From assembly GCA_951406725.2 (NCBI GenBank), contig OX597828.1:64790001-64854000 (forward strand): a stretch of DNA of 64,000 bases. The letters run 5' to 3'. The notes beneath the pieces were generated by a model. That model worked only from the letters and a program-made list of their open reading frames with translations, was not told the DNA's origin and did not search any database. The translations under genes and the position numbers were made by a program. This stretch comes from Octopus vulgaris (taxonomy: Eukaryota). Of this stretch, positions 12,335 through 27,046 are shown one piece after another; positions within the stretch are counted from its first letter, which is position 1, and each line of letters opens with the position of its first letter.

Positions 12335-12394
<60 letters not shown>

Positions 12395-12396
<2 letters not shown>

Positions 12397-12793
12397 GATG
12401 ATGATGATGATGGCCGTCCACTCGTGACCGAGGAACATTGTGCGCTCTAGGACTCACTTATATTTTGCATTTGCGGCTCCGTTGGTGGCTAATTAGCCCT
12501 GCTCTTGACAAGCATTCACGACTGCAAACATTGCAGACCAAGCTTTCCCCATTCACTATACTTATTAGAATGGAGGATAGAAGGATTCCTAAGCAGATGC
12601 TCTATGGAGAACTTGTGAATGGAAGGAGACTCCGGCAGAAACCAAGGCTACGATTTAAGGACTGTGTCAAGTCCTCGTTAAAGGCTTTTGATATACAGGA
12701 CACTGACTGGGAGAACAATGCCTGCCATCGCCACAGATGGAGGAAGCAGGTTAAGGAGGGGAACGACACTTTTGAGAGAGCACGTATCCAGCA
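12395..12793 (-). mobile_element. RTE-type LINE 3' fragment with 5' inversion
   Basis: Minus strand 12395-12560 encodes [28 protein letters not shown] followed by a short 3'UTR and (CAT)n tail. Plus strand 12561-12793 encodes [38 protein letters not shown]. Confidence 0.88.
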
Positions 12794-12833
12794 TATATAC
12801 ATACATATATATATATACATTTATATATATACA

Positions 12834-12924
<91 letters not shown>

Positions 12925-13422
12925 TGTGTGTATGTGTGTGTGTGTGTAAATATGATATTGGATAGCTATATTTCATTCAACATTGCTGAGTGGGCCTCTA
13001 ATTAATGTGTGTGTGTGTGTGTGTGTTGTTAACTATGTATGCATGTATCCAATAAGAATGCAGGGAACATTAAAAGGGTTATATATTTTCTGCTGTAAGC
13101 GTACTGACTAAGGATGTTGTGATATATATAATACTTCGATAAAATTCCGATTTTTATGCCATTTAGCATTAATATTAGTGCGAGTAATGATTGGTTTTGT
13201 GGAATAACTTTTAAACATTATATATCTTTCAGTTATATTGTATTCATAAGTATGTATATTTATTCATAGGCATGTATGTTTTCATTTCATTTGATATCGT
13301 CTTGTAAAGTTCCGAAGAATAAGACTTTGACCGCAAGCTGATTTACCACAAACATTCATTCATCCACAATAACAATTCGAGGAGTTACTGATTATATTTA
13401 ACTCAATATATTTAAACTACCT

Positions 13423-13635
13423 AAGGCGTCTAACTGGTAGAATTGTTAGCACGCTGGGGAAAGTGTTTAGCAGCATTCCGTCCATCCATATGCTCTGAGT
13501 TCAAATTTCGCCGAGGTCGACTTTGCCTTTCAGGGTCGATAAAAACATGTATCAGTTGAGCCTTGGGGTCAATATAATCGACTTACCCCCTCTCCCAAAA
13601 TTTCTGGCGTTGAGCCAAAATTTACACCAATATAT
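13423..13635 (+). mobile_element. tRNA-derived SINE family B (diverged)
   Basis: TGGTAGAATTGTTAGC head, GAGTTCAAAT B box and GAGGTCGACTTTGCCTTTCA. Confidence 0.8.
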
Positions 13636-13670
13636 TCAATCTTGTAGGTCAAGCATTATTGTGAAACCAC

Positions 13671-13938
13671 ATGGCCTAGTTGTTAGAACAGCGGACTCGT
13701 GGTCGAGGGATCGCGGGTTCGAATCTCATACCGGGCGATGTATGTGTTTATGAGCGAAAAACCTAAGCTCCACGAGACTCCGGCAGAAGGTAATGGCGAA
13801 CTTCTGCTGACTCTTTCGCCACAACTTTCTCTCACTCTTTCCTCCTGCATCTTGCAGCTCACCTGCGACGGATCGGTGACGCCAAGGAAACCGGGAAACC
13901 GGCCCTTATGAGCCAGGTATAGCCCGAGAAGGAACAAA
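13671..13938 (+). mobile_element. tRNA(Arg-like)-derived SINE family C
   Basis: Head TGGCCTAGTTGTTAGAACAGCGGACTCG...GGGTTCGAATC; homologous to the copy at 31452. Confidence 0.85.
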
Positions 13939-14744
13939 CAAGTATTTTTTTTTTTAAATGCGTGAAAAAAGTGTTTAATACTTTTACTTATTTGATATCA
14001 TTTTATTTATTTATCTTATTACAATAAAACGCTTGCGCTGTATTATGTATATCTTCTGTTGACAGATTTGTCTGAAATGTGTCTTTAGCCTTAGTTTTAT
14101 TATGAGAGCAGCGAGACATATAGACATTTTAAGTAAGAATGGATTAACAGAGTCAATAAATGACCCAGTCTTCTATTTGTTAGAATATAGTTGTGTTTGT
14201 TTATGACAGGGGAATGTGAAGAAGTTCAATGCTGTTTCTTTCACATATTTAATACTTGTGGCTGGTTAAATGTAGATCATATTTAAGAGAATGCGTACAA
14301 AGGGTCTTTCATGAATGTGGTGAAGAGTAGGCGAATGGTATCAGGTTGCGTCTGACTAACGTCTGTTTATAGGAAATCGTGGAGAAATATACTATAGTAG
14401 CAATTGCGTTAGTATCTGCTATTAGTTTACGAACGGCATTATTTTTGTGGAGAAAACTGAATAGAGATAGCCTTTGGTTTGTGCTGAATATAATTACGAT
14501 AATGCCTTACATATATGATATTAGAAAACTGAGAAACTGTGGTCAATATTCTGTTGTGTCTGGGGAGAGTCATTTTTTTTGTGCCTTATTATTTAACACA
14601 CTCACCGGTAATATTTCCACTTTTTAAATTTTTTTTTATTTTCCTAAAATTTATTTTCTTAAAATATACTTCAACACACGAACTCATATAAAGAATCTTC
14701 AAACCAAATCCCAAAACGAAATGTGGTCAATATTTATATACATA

Positions 14745-15280
14745 AAATGGCAAGCTGGCAGAAACGTTAGCACCTGTGACAAAATGCTTAGCAACATTTC
14801 GTCTGTCTTTAAGTTCCGAAGCGCCTTTCACCCTTCCGGGTCGATAAAATAAGAAACAGTCAAACACTGGTGATGATGTTACCGGTTTAACTCTTCCCTC
14901 AAATGAGATGATCTTGTTCTAGAATTTGAAATCAATATTTACATACAAATACAAAGTGACGAGCTCGCAGAATTGTTAGCACGCCGGGCAAAATGGTGAG
15001 CGACATTTCGTCCATCTTTATTTTCTGTGTGTAAATTCCTTTTCCGAAATTGCTAGCTTTCAGCTAAAATTTGAAACCGATTTTATATAAAGATAGAATT
15101 GTTTACATTTATATGAGTATCTTCTATTTCATTTAGGAAAGGCGGTGAGCTAGCAGAATGGTTACCACGCCAGACAAAATACTTAACGGAATTACTGTCC
15201 TTACATTCAAAGTACATTCTAAAACTCACCGAGGTAGACTTTGCCTTTCGTCGTTTCGAGGTCGATAAAATAAGTACCAA
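14745..15280 (+). mobile_element. Cluster of three diverged family B SINEs
   Basis: Heads near 14750, 14957 and 15139. Confidence 0.75.
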
Positions 15281-16376
15281 TCGACCATTCAGTGGGGGTT
15301 GGTACTTCGAGTATTACTGAATACGTTATGCTCTAAAATGATATTTTCCAGTTAGAAATTAACAATGTTTTTGGTCATAATGGCCATGACAATTATTGAC
15401 ATTTATAACAACCCCACCACTAACACAACAATTAATAAAATTTTATTGCTATTTTTATTATTCATATGTTCATACTCTGAAAGTTGCTGTTTTCTCATTT
15501 CAGTTTTTTGTAAAATGGTGGGGAAAAATAATCTGTTATTTGCTGGTGAGGTCCTTTTTATTTAATCTCCCCAACTTCATTCCTTGGGTGACCTGCCGAT
15601 ATTAATTTTGCTTCAAGTGGAAGATTTGTAATTTCCTTTGAAGCTTGTTGATGGAGTCAGTCGCGGTTGAAACAATACATCAGCGGGAGAATGAGAGAGT
15701 TTAATAAAACCTACGGTGATGTTATGAGGTAGAGTGAGAGTTCGAAGCCTTGCTGTTGAATCGATTTCGGCTGCTAGTAACAAGCACAGCAGTATCAACA
15801 ACAGCAATATTCGGAACGGAAAGAATAATAAATACAGCAAAGGTTACAGTAACAACGAAATTTCCCGTTTATCAAGTAACCACTTCAAAGTCGTAGACAC
15901 CATGGAAACCAGCAGCTTTGCCATTTAATGCACCACCAGAGACATCGCTACTAGCACATTCGCTTGTACATCTAGAAAAACCATCATCCACAACCACCAA
16001 TATAATATGAACATCAGAACCAGCAACTGAAAGAACAACAACATAAACGTCTACCAGGTCTCTTATGCATGGGTAAGAAGGTTACAAGAGCAAGATTCCG
16101 TGGAAGAATATGAAAGGAACCTTAACGAAGCGAAAAACCACGAATTCTCTGTATTCAGAATTAATGGAAACTACTGCCAACTAAGCTATACTATTATAGA
16201 CTGATTTTTTTTAATGAGTTACACATCCAAGTAAAAAGTGTTTAAATGGGTTATGGACTGACACCAGCATAAACACTTGAGGAATGTAATATGGCTCTGT
16301 GAGGTACAAGTTATTGTAGCCATTTTCCGAACTTCCTGCTTGCTGATACATATACCAGCTTCTGTCCCGTAGTCTT

Positions 16377-16688
<312 letters not shown>

Positions 16689-19126
16689 ACTGAGAGCTAC
16701 ACATCTTCAAGGATGTTTTCTACTGCAAGAGGAAATTTAAGTCTTCTGTCTTTTCGACGGATGCGTTTATATATAACCTTTCGTTTTTCGGAGCTCGTGT
16801 TCTCTTCCCCTTTAAGACATATTACACCTGGTTTGGCAGTATTATGTTTATACTGGAGGTCTTTACCTTACAAACCTTCTGGCAAATACACAGCCACGCT
16901 TCCCTCACCGATTAACTGCCCTCGAAAAAGATGTTTGTTATAAACATTTATCTTTGTTGTTGTTAATGTTGCTGAGGTTATTCTTCTTTTGCAGACAGTT
17001 GTTTTAGTTTTTATTGGTGTAATTGATCTCCTAGGTGTTGTTGTTGTTGTTCGTTTCGGTCTTGTTCTTGCTGTTGCTGTCCTCGTTCTTGTTGCTTTCC
17101 TTGTTGCTGTTGATAATGCTTTTGTTGTTGCTATTTTGTCACTGTTGCTAATTTCGTTGAAGCTAATGTGCTGTCGTTGTCACTGGTTTCTTTAAAAATA
17201 ATCCGTTACTTTGATCAGCTAAATTTGCTTCAGTTCTCACTGGCGGCATTGGCACTATGTTTCGTTGCCATGTTTCCGTCATAATACTCCTTGGAATGTA
17301 GAGCGTTTTGAACACTCTCTCATATCCGTTTTTGTCAATATTTGTTCTCACTTATGAATGTCTGAAAAATTTCAAAATCTCTGTTTTTCTAGATAACTCA
17401 AAATAAGTACCAACGTATACACCCTCGTTCCGTGGGTGAACCGAGAAAAATATTACCACCGCAATCCACACGATATTAGTGATACAGTTATAACAGCTTA
17501 TATTACTGAACAAGGCTTACGGAGATACAAGTTACAGTACTCTGATATTATTACAACCATAACAACAACAAGGGCAACTTTTGTAAGAGAGTACAGTATT
17601 TTTAACTAATCCAGTATATAACAGGTTGGTATTTTATCGATCTGGAGTGTCAGTCTTGACATCATTCGAAGTTTGAGCGTAAAGAGACGTAACTAAATGT
17701 TGTAAGCAGTTTTCACTGTCATTATTCTTGAAATTATACATGAATGTAACGCTAATTAATAACAGAGAAAGATGTAAAGATTTAGAAATGACATGGAATG
17801 CACAATAGGCTCTTATTCTGGTAGTAACGTAATGCAATTAAAAATGGTCATAAAATTCTACATGAATTACTTCAGATTATAAGCGTGATATTGTTGCTGA
17901 ATTAATATTTCAGACCTCCATCTGAATATCTATCATATCCACATATTGGAGCAGAGATTAAATGCATTGTTGCTGTAAAGTTTATTCAGATAATTCACGA
18001 ATGTACATTAAATATGGAGCAACGTGGAACCCAGCAGAAACGTTCAGCAACAATAACCATATTGTTATTGTTTTTGTTTTTTGTGTATGTGATGTTAATG
18101 TAGGTTCCTGAACTATAAACTCTCCGGCATAAAGCATATAACCATATTAATAACCAAATGATTTTAAGTCATAACTTGCATCCCCCAATCCAATTTCGCT
18201 GTAAGGGAAATTTATTAAAAGTAAATTGGCCTCAGATCAACTTTAAAACTATGATCAGAACTTCTGGCCTTCCAGAATTTGTGATTTATCAAACAAATGC
18301 CTTTGATGACAGATTTGTATCGAATTTATGTTAGAAACGGGGGAAACCATTTATTCACTATAAATGTCAAAGTGAACATTCAAAGAAAACTACACTTGTT
18401 CACTAATATTTACATTTGTGCTATGATATGATTGAAATACTTAGACGGAAATGATTACACAGTACGCGACCAAGTGTCCTACAAGTTACATATTAATGTA
18501 AATGCCAACAACTAATTAAACTTACATTTATAACAGATGAAACCTTGCTGTTTGTGTATGTGCCACAACAATAATATCGTTTGAATTGATGGTTGGGTCG
18601 AAATTATTTAATCTTTATTTTCTTATTCATCATTAAGTGTCGTCTTGTGCTAACGTCCTAGAATACTATCGCTTCACTACGTGCGTTTAAATTGATACAT
18701 AAGCCCACAAGAGGCACACACATACACATACACACACATACTCACACACACATATATAAAGAAAGACAGAGAGGAGATATATTTTATATTTTATGTACTC
18801 CTAATGAAATAATCATTACCGACTATTGCATATAACTGGGGTACTTATGTGTACACATGACTCTTTTTTCCATGGTTGCTTGTAAGTATTCCATTTATTT
18901 CTTATCGTATTCTCTACTGATGTGGGAAAAATCCGTTGGATTGATCCCGAAATTGATTCAATATAGAGATAACTCATTTTAAAAAAATTCTTTTACCTTG
19001 CCTTCCTCGATTTCAGCACGATGTATATTCATAGTGATGTATATTGTATGTGGCAATTGACGATTTAACGTCTATTTTCAGCAAATTGGCATAGAAACCT
19101 TTTTTGCTTTTGCTCTTATTTATAAT

Positions 19127-19167
<41 letters not shown>

Positions 19168-19388
19168 GCGCGCGTGAAAGAAAGAAAGAAAAAAAGAAAG
19201 GAGATACAGAGAGGGAGCAACATTTTTTCATTGGCCGAGAAGTGATAGATTTTAGAACTCAAAATATAAGAGTATTCCTTAATAGTTTATAACTGAAACG
19301 ATCATAATTCCAGTGCATTGAGTTACACGTTTCCAATCATTCAGCTGGTAATCAGAGCTTTTAAAACACCTGATGCTTGAATAAATAT

Positions 19389-19777
19389 CCTTTTCTATTC
19401 TAGGCACAAGGCCAAAAATTTTCGAGGAGGGAGCCAGTCGTTTATATCAATCGCGGTACCCAACTGGTCCTTAATTTATCGACCCTGAAAAGTAAAGTCG
19501 ATCGCGGCGAGATTTGAACTCAACGTAAAGACACGAAATACCTATTTCTTTACTACCCACAAGGAGCTAAACACAGAGAGGACAAACAAGGACAGACAAA
19601 CGGATTAAGTCGATTATATCGACCCCAGTGCGTAACTGGTACTTATTTAATCGACATCGAAAGGATGAAAGGCAAAGTCGACCTCGGCGGGATTTGACCT
19701 CAGAACGTAGCGGCAGACGAAATACTGCTAAGCATTTCGTCCGGCGTGCTAACGATTCTGCCAGTTCGCCGCCTTAC
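19389..19777 (-). mobile_element. SINE family B with duplicated body, 15-bp TSD
   Basis: TSD TGCTTGAATRAATAT at 19374-19388 and 19778-19792. Confidence 0.9.
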
Positions 19778-19997
19778 TGCTTGAATGAATATTGAAATGG
19801 TGTTTGGAACTATTAAGAAAACTTTCAATCTTACGTTCTATTTGAAATAACTTACGAACATCACATGTAAAAACGATTTATATTTTGTATTTCATTTCAG
19901 ACGTATGGAAATACTAACACGCCTTAAACTTCATAAAAACGACGTCACTCTATCTTAATTTGTGAAATTACGTTATATGAGAACTACGTTAAAGTTT

Positions 19998-20106
19998 TGC
20001 ATGTCTGTGGAGTACTCAGTCATTTTCACGTTAATTTGATGAGCAGGCTGTTCCGTTGATCATATTAACTGGGACATGAGTTGTCGTAAGTTACCGCGGA
20101 GTGTCA
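19998..20106 (+). repeat. Interspersed repeat (probable SINE tail), also at 1-66
   Basis: GAGCAGGCTGTTCCGTTGATC...GTCGTAA..CGGAGTG is shared between the two loci. Confidence 0.7.
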
Positions 20107-20164
20107 ATTTTTTTTGTGTAATTGAGTAAAACTCATGTTACTCTATTATCGACGGTATAGTATT

Positions 20165-20580
20165 ACTCTTACTCTCTTTTACTCTTTTACTTCTTTCAGT
20201 CATTTGACTGCGGACATGCTGGAGCACCGCCTTTAATCGAGCAACTTGACCCCGGGACTTATTCTTTTGTAAGCCCAGTACTTATTTTATCGGTCTCTTT
20301 TGCCGAACCGCTAAGTGACGGGGACATAAACACACCAGCATCGGTTGTCAAGCAATGCTAGGGGGACAAATACAGACACACAAACACACACACGCATATA
20401 TATATACATATATACGACGGGCTTCTTTCAGTTACCGTCTACCAAATCCACTCACAAGGCTTTGGTCGGCCCGAGGCTACAGGAGAAGACACTTGCCCAA
20501 GGTGCCACGCAGTGGGACTGAACCCGGAACCATGTGGTTGGTAAACAAGCTACTTACCACACAGCCACTCTTGCGCCTAT
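20165..20580 (-). mobile_element. tRNA-derived SINE family A, full length
   Basis: Reverse-complement match to 32888-33297; A/B-box head, internal TA/TG microsatellite and (TAAAAGAG) tail. Confidence 0.9.
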
Positions 20581-20649
20581 ATTGGTCATCGATATTCATG
20601 TCATATGAATTTCATAACTCTCACACCGTGAATATTTTGTTTTTTCCCC

Positions 20650-21480
20650 ATTATCATAAACATTGAAAATTGTTATCTCTCCATGTTTGTGGAGGAATAG
20701 ATACTCATAGTCCTAAACCGGTAATGGCTATAACCGAAGGAATGATAATGTTTTAAAAGGAAACGGTGAAAATTATGTTAATGGTGTAAATGGAAATTGT
20801 CTCAGAAGAGTAGAATCATATTCAACTGTGTGAACAATTGTCTCGGCACTTATATATATTTCAATGCGAATTTTTTGGCTGTGCATCAGTTCATTACAAA
20901 GTATATTGGCGAAAACTTTGTCTCACTATTTTTAGTGTATATTCTGCATTCATAATTATAGATCCAGTCGAATTTCGGATTCCTTTTGTTGTAAGATGGT
21001 TTCTTCGTTATCGTTATTAGGTACCTGTACTGGTTGCTCTCTTCTTTTGGCTGATATATATTCCCACAGGCTGTATAAGAGTAAATGAAGTGAATACTGC
21101 CAAGTACGAGGCTACATTTTAGAACAAAGAAAGGCATTATGAAGAAAGAATTGGAATTGAAGAAGTGAAGAGAAGGAGCCACATTTCTCTTAACGAACAA
21201 GGAAATTGAAAGTTTATGAAAGTAGTAATTTGATTTGTTGGTTTCTAGTGACAAACCGTTAAAGACATTGCAGAAGAATTATGTTTTGTTGGAAGTGTAG
21301 TTTGAACATGTTGTTATAGCGTTACTTGAATCTAGTATTCCTGCTATGACAGGGTGGATTGTTCGTTATCATTGTAGTATTTGCCAGTCTTCTTTGTTAA
21401 GAAGGATTTTTGTGTGGCTGGCAATAGCAATGAACACTCATCTTCGAGTAGATTTTTATCAATAGAAGAGAAATATAAGG
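20650..21480 (-). mobile_element. Degenerate Penelope-like GIY-YIG relic
   Basis: FK*RYNN-like motif near 21310-21335 and an end resembling LNxRxE..KCRH near 20840-20875; heavily decayed. Confidence 0.4.
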
Positions 21481-22101
21481 GATGTAAGGGAATTTAAGAG
21501 AATGGTGCATTTCTTACGCAAATCGCCTGCGAAAATAAGGTGAAATTTAGTATCATGTGTCTTATTCGCGAACTTTATAAAATGACTACATATTAAATGG
21601 ATATATTTATATATATATATATGTGTGTGTATGTATAATATATATAATATTGTATTGTATTATATTATATCATATATTATATAATTTGTATGTGTACTGC
21701 TGTTTTGTAGTTAGCCCCTTTGCTGTCATTTATGTGAAAATATGATATCTGTATTCAATTCGCAACATTGGATTGATGCTTTTAGTTCTTTTGCATTCTG
21801 TGAAAAACCCAGAAGCATATGTATGTGAATAATGTATATCATATAGAACTGAGTGTATGGTGTTCGTCCTTCTGTACTGTGTTTTTTATAGATTATTTGA
21901 AATTCTTTCATCGCAATGTATTTTTTGTTTTTATAAATGTGTGATTTTGTTTCCTAAATTTATTTAGGAAATCATTACGTATGTACAACACGCAATATAT
22001 GATACTTTGGTAATGGAAATTTAGAACCCTAAAATAACATATTGTGATAATGGCCTGGCCATGGGCGAACGCAATTTCGGAAAATGAGTATAGTACTTAT
22101 G

Positions 22102-22683
22102 AATGTATTGGCACTGAGTATTACATTTTGTGTTTTGTTCTTTGTTGTTCATAAGCAATATTATCTGTTCGGTATGCAAATTTATCATAATTGTTTTGCC
22201 ACCAGGAAATGGTAATGAATAAGATAAGTACTAATGAATCTTGAAACGCCTGCAAAATAAGGAATATGTACCTGAATGCTGAATGTTTTGGAATGCTGTT
22301 GGCAACAGTTATTACAGAATTGAATTGTTGCTCTGTGGAGGTCTCCTGTACTAATTATGATTCACTTCTCCTCTTCTCTTTAATAATAATAAGCACTAAA
22401 ATTAAAGAATGCAAGCAATATTTATAATAAAAAATGAGTGCTTATTGGGTGTTAATTTATAAAGCTTCCTTTAATGTGAAAACATTTTATCTGGTGATTA
22501 GAAATATAATTATAATTATAAATGATATTAGAGCTACGTTTACAGTCCATGGTATCAATTTGAAAATTATATAAAGTGCAAAGAAAAACTCGCATAAAAT
22601 GAAAAATTGCACGTAAAGACGTCATGGAGAAAAGTCATAGTATTAACTCTAATGATATTAATATAGAATAAATTATAATTTAA
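22102..22683 (+). repeat. 582-bp direct repeat, copy 1
   Basis: Matches 24555-25136 (offset 2453); only two substitutions noticed. Confidence 0.95.
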
Positions 22684-24554
22684 ATAAAATTATTTAATAA
22701 ATAAAAAAAATCTTTATTTTTTAAACTTGATATGTAATAGTAGAATAGTAATGGGTAGATTAATAAACATAAAATAACTTGTTTTCTTTAAAGAATAACA
22801 CTAGTAGACTATCTTAATAGATAGAAGAGCAATATGACAATCGAATAAACCGAGAGAAAATACAAAATACTTAAGCAAACGGTGATGATTCAAATCCAGT
22901 TTTTCGGCACAATTACCTAAGGGAGAGACAGGTTTATCGGTGTTTGTCTTTGCTATGAGATCAATAACGCGAGCTAATATAATGAAATGATAAATTCAAA
23001 TTTAAGCAATAAAATACAACTGAGAAAATTGCTACCAGAACTTATAAAGAATATGTTCCAATTTGTCAAATTAAATTAAATAAATCAATATACTATTAAA
23101 CGATTTTTATTATAAGGTAATATTGTATTCTATTTGAATAATTAATAATTAGCTTTTTTTAAAGAGTGAAATTGTTTTATTATAATATGCATATGTTTTA
23201 ATATATAATCATTATAGTGAAACTTTATATGAACTAAAAATTAGCATTTCTTATCCATATTTTTAGACGGGGTTTCACAAAAATACTCGTATCGATGAAC
23301 TCTTTCATTTGAGTGCAAAAATTATTTTTCTCTTAAAGTGAAAAAAAATTATTTTGATTTGCTAAAAATATCACGTTTTTCATTCGTCACTTTTTTATAT
23401 TTAACAAGCTTTTCACCATACGCTACTTCACATATAACTCTTTCATTCTTGCACAACTATTGTATAGTTTTCTTTTGAAACAGCTGGAAAATTTTCATTC
23501 GAAATCATATTTGGGGGTTACTTACTATTTTAAAAATTTTCGTCTCTTAAAGCCACAATAAATTTTTTTGTAGTTAATATTTTTTAATGGGATTTTCATA
23601 AAAAAATTATTTTCTATGAGCACAATTTTTTAAAGGCCTATTGATTTATAAGTTCTTTTAAAATAACTGAGATATTCCGATTCAGAGATAATTTTTAACA
23701 TTACTCTCCTATTTTTGACTTTGCATATTCTGACCTTACTTAGTTTGACCTTTTTTTCTAATGAACCCAATTTCAATTGTTTTTTTCTCCAAATGTTGCT
23801 TAGGACTGAACCATCATTGCTTTGGTTGAGAACTGAGTTAGAGATGAAGCCTAGAAATGCTCGCGAGTAACATTAGCCGAATAGGTAAAGCACGCAGGAT
23901 TTTTATCTTATTATGAAAGATCGTCTGTAATGTCGCTTCTAAGAATAATTGTCTTCGGATGTGATGCTTGTGATGCTCATGTCTTAAATTGAATTGTTTG
24001 AAGATTATGGAAAAGAGTAACCCCTGGAACGAGTCATATTTGATTTTGTCTGTTGGCACACTGCTTGAGACGTTTACCTGCATTATCCGCCATATTATAC
24101 TAATCTTCTTTGCGATTGTATTGCAATACGTGAAAGAAAGGAGGAATTCTGAATGTAATTATGAAAGTCAAAATTTGTTAACTGGGGAGCAGGAGTTAAC
24201 TACCAATGAATGAGCAAAAAGTGGAAAATATTTACTTTCTGTTGGAAAATGCCTATCATTCTGGCTTTGTCGACGATACAATTCAATGACTAAAGAAATG
24301 TGTTGTATGATAGTGCATTAATGAAGTTCCTAGTTACTCGTGTATCAGGCTCTTCTGCTGCGATTTTATTGTCTTTGAGATGGTGAAGATGACTAAGTCA
24401 AATGTGTTATTTTGGCAAGGAGACGGTGTTGATATGAAATTGCTACTGAAAGTCAATGAAAATATTCTTATAAGAAATTTCGATATGTTAAGACTAGTTA
24501 TGAAATGATAATGTAAGAAGTGATTTATTTGAGTTCATTTCAGAATTTACTCTT

Positions 24555-25136
24555 AATGTATTGGCACTGAGTATTACATTTTGTGTTTTGTTCTTTGTTG
24601 TTCATAAGCAATATTATCTGTTCGGTATGTAAATTTATCATAATTGTTTTGCCACCAGGAAATGGTAATGAATAAGATAAGTACTAATGAATCTTGAAAC
24701 GCCTGCAAAATAAGGAATATGTACCTGAATGCTGAATGTTTTGGAATGCTGTTGGCAACAGTTATTACAGAATTGAATTGTTGCTCTGTGGAGGTCTCCT
24801 GTACTAATTATGATTCACTTCTCCTCTTCTCTTTAATAATAATAAGCACTAAAATTAAAGAATGCAAGCAATATTTATAATAAAAAATGAGTGCTTATTG
24901 GGTGTTAATTTATAAAGCTTCCTTTAATGTGAAAACATTTTATCTGGTGATTAGAAATATAATTATAATTATAAATGATATTAGAGCTACGTTTACAGTC
25001 CATGGTATCAATTTGAAAATTATATAAAGTGCAAAGAAAAACTCGCATAAAATGAAAAATTACACGTAAAGACGTCATGGAGAAAAGTCATAGTATTAAC
25101 TCTAATGATATTAATATAGAATAAATTATAATTTAA
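24555..25136 (+). repeat. 582-bp direct repeat, copy 2
   Basis: Matches 22102-22683. Confidence 0.95.
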
Positions 25137-25159
25137 TTACTCTGTAATCCTTACAGGTG

Positions 25160-26700
25160 AGTCTCAAATTCTATCTTTTGTAATGTACTTTTGTTACCCG
25201 GATACACGGAGATAAGAACAAATAAACAAAGAATGACCGTTTCTCTTGTAATTAAAATAGCCTATAATTGTTTCTTCTTCCAACAGATGTTGTTGTGTAT
25301 GGCTGTAATCTGGTTTGGTGTGGTCATTGTTGAAACGTAAAAGAAATGAGAGACTGAGAGATACAGAATGTAGGTAGTAATGTGTAAATTGTAGAGTTCA
25401 TCAAACGTGTGAACGGAAAGAAGTATGGTCAAATAAGGGATAGTGCTGTTCAACTGATGGAGATCTTATTCAGTTCTGTTTTGGGAATGTAAAGATCATT
25501 TCTGTTATTAATGATGGTTTCTTTACATGTGGTTTGGTATAGGGTCGTCTGATTTACGTAATTTAAAATAAGAGAAAATCAGTTGTGGAAGATAATTTTG
25601 AATTGATATGTGAAATGGAAAGATAGTTATGACAAACAATATTAGGATGTGAGAAAAAGAGCCAATGTTTCTTCAAAGAAGAACTGTGCTTAGTAGCTTA
25701 ATATCTCAAATGAGACATTAAGCTACTAACTTTTTAAGAAATATTGTGTATTCCACGTTACAAAAACATAAAATGTATAGATACCGGTCAAGAAATGGAG
25801 AATATTTACCTTAAGATGGAAATAGACTGGAAGTATTTTGTCTGAAGATGCTGGTGTATAGGATTATGTTTGTTATTGGTTGTGGTTTTAGTCAAATCTT
25901 GATGCAGTAGTTGTGTTATATGAGAAAAGAAAAAGAAAGGTATAAATTGTACAGTGCAATATATACGGAAGAGAAGGAAGCAGAAATACGAATGAGTTAA
26001 GAGAATGTCAACAAACGAAGAATATTATGTATTTTGTTATAGTTGATTGCTGTAATCTCTTCTAATACTTCAGTAATATTATGTTTCGTATAGTATCGAA
26101 GAATATCACATATTTGTATGTTTTTCCTTTTGATCTGTAAGTATTAGTAAAGAACTATTATGGATGAATTTTAAAACAAAAGTGAAAATATGTAATCTTA
26201 CAAGATGTTTATGGTAAAAACGTGGACGAGAGGAGAAAACATACTTTTGAAAGATAGAAAATAGCAGAAATATAAAACAATAGTGATACAGCGGGAACAA
26301 CAGAAAACATATTTACCTTTAGAATGAAATATTGAAGAATATTGAACACGGAATCACAAGGTATTGTGATAATCCTCTATGGTGTCATTGATAGAGCTCA
26401 AATCAGTGTTTGATTGGGAGTCGATCGTAGTTGTTATCGATGTGTAAACTTTGGATATGAGATAGGTATATGATGCACACCGAAATGTTTCCTGTTTAAA
26501 TGGAACGGAAAAAAGAAAAGTCTACAGTGATAGAATGAAATATTTACCTTGTGATGGAAATCGTAATTCTTGGAAGTTGATGTCGAAATCCTTTCTGTTA
26601 TGGCTGTCCATTTTCATTTATATTTGGTAATCTATTAAGAAGGAATGAACTTATAGGAAATGAAATATAACGAAAGAACACACGTTTCAATAAATAATTG
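25160..26700 (-). mobile_element. Degenerate Penelope-like RT relic
   Basis: Faint collinear matches to PKxH..RPI, DxxxLYT and YVST motifs on the minus strand. Confidence 0.4.
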
Positions 26701-26979
26701 TTGGAATGTGTAGTACTTAAGTTATAGATCATTAGATGGTATCCGTTGGGGAGTAGTTTTTAGATTGTTGCACTTATCTCTAGAATTAATATCTCTCCTA
26801 AATACAACATTTATAAAGATACCCCATCAATACAGCCACAAGCACTAATAAAGAAAACTTCTGTTTATCACATATGACGGAAATAGGAAATGGCAGAGAT
26901 GAAAGTCAACTTCTGTGCTTGCGCTAAAATTGCTGGAAAAATATGATTGAAAAGAAAACATTTAAGATATATTTACACA

Positions 26980-27046
<67 letters not shown>

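Noticed and set aside
13671-13740. tRNA-Arg-like gene (also at 31452)
   Set aside because: It continues into a shared SINE body and has no proper acceptor stem or terminator.
16989-17195. Hydrophobic membrane-protein-like ORF
   Set aside because: Decayed (GTT)n repeat.
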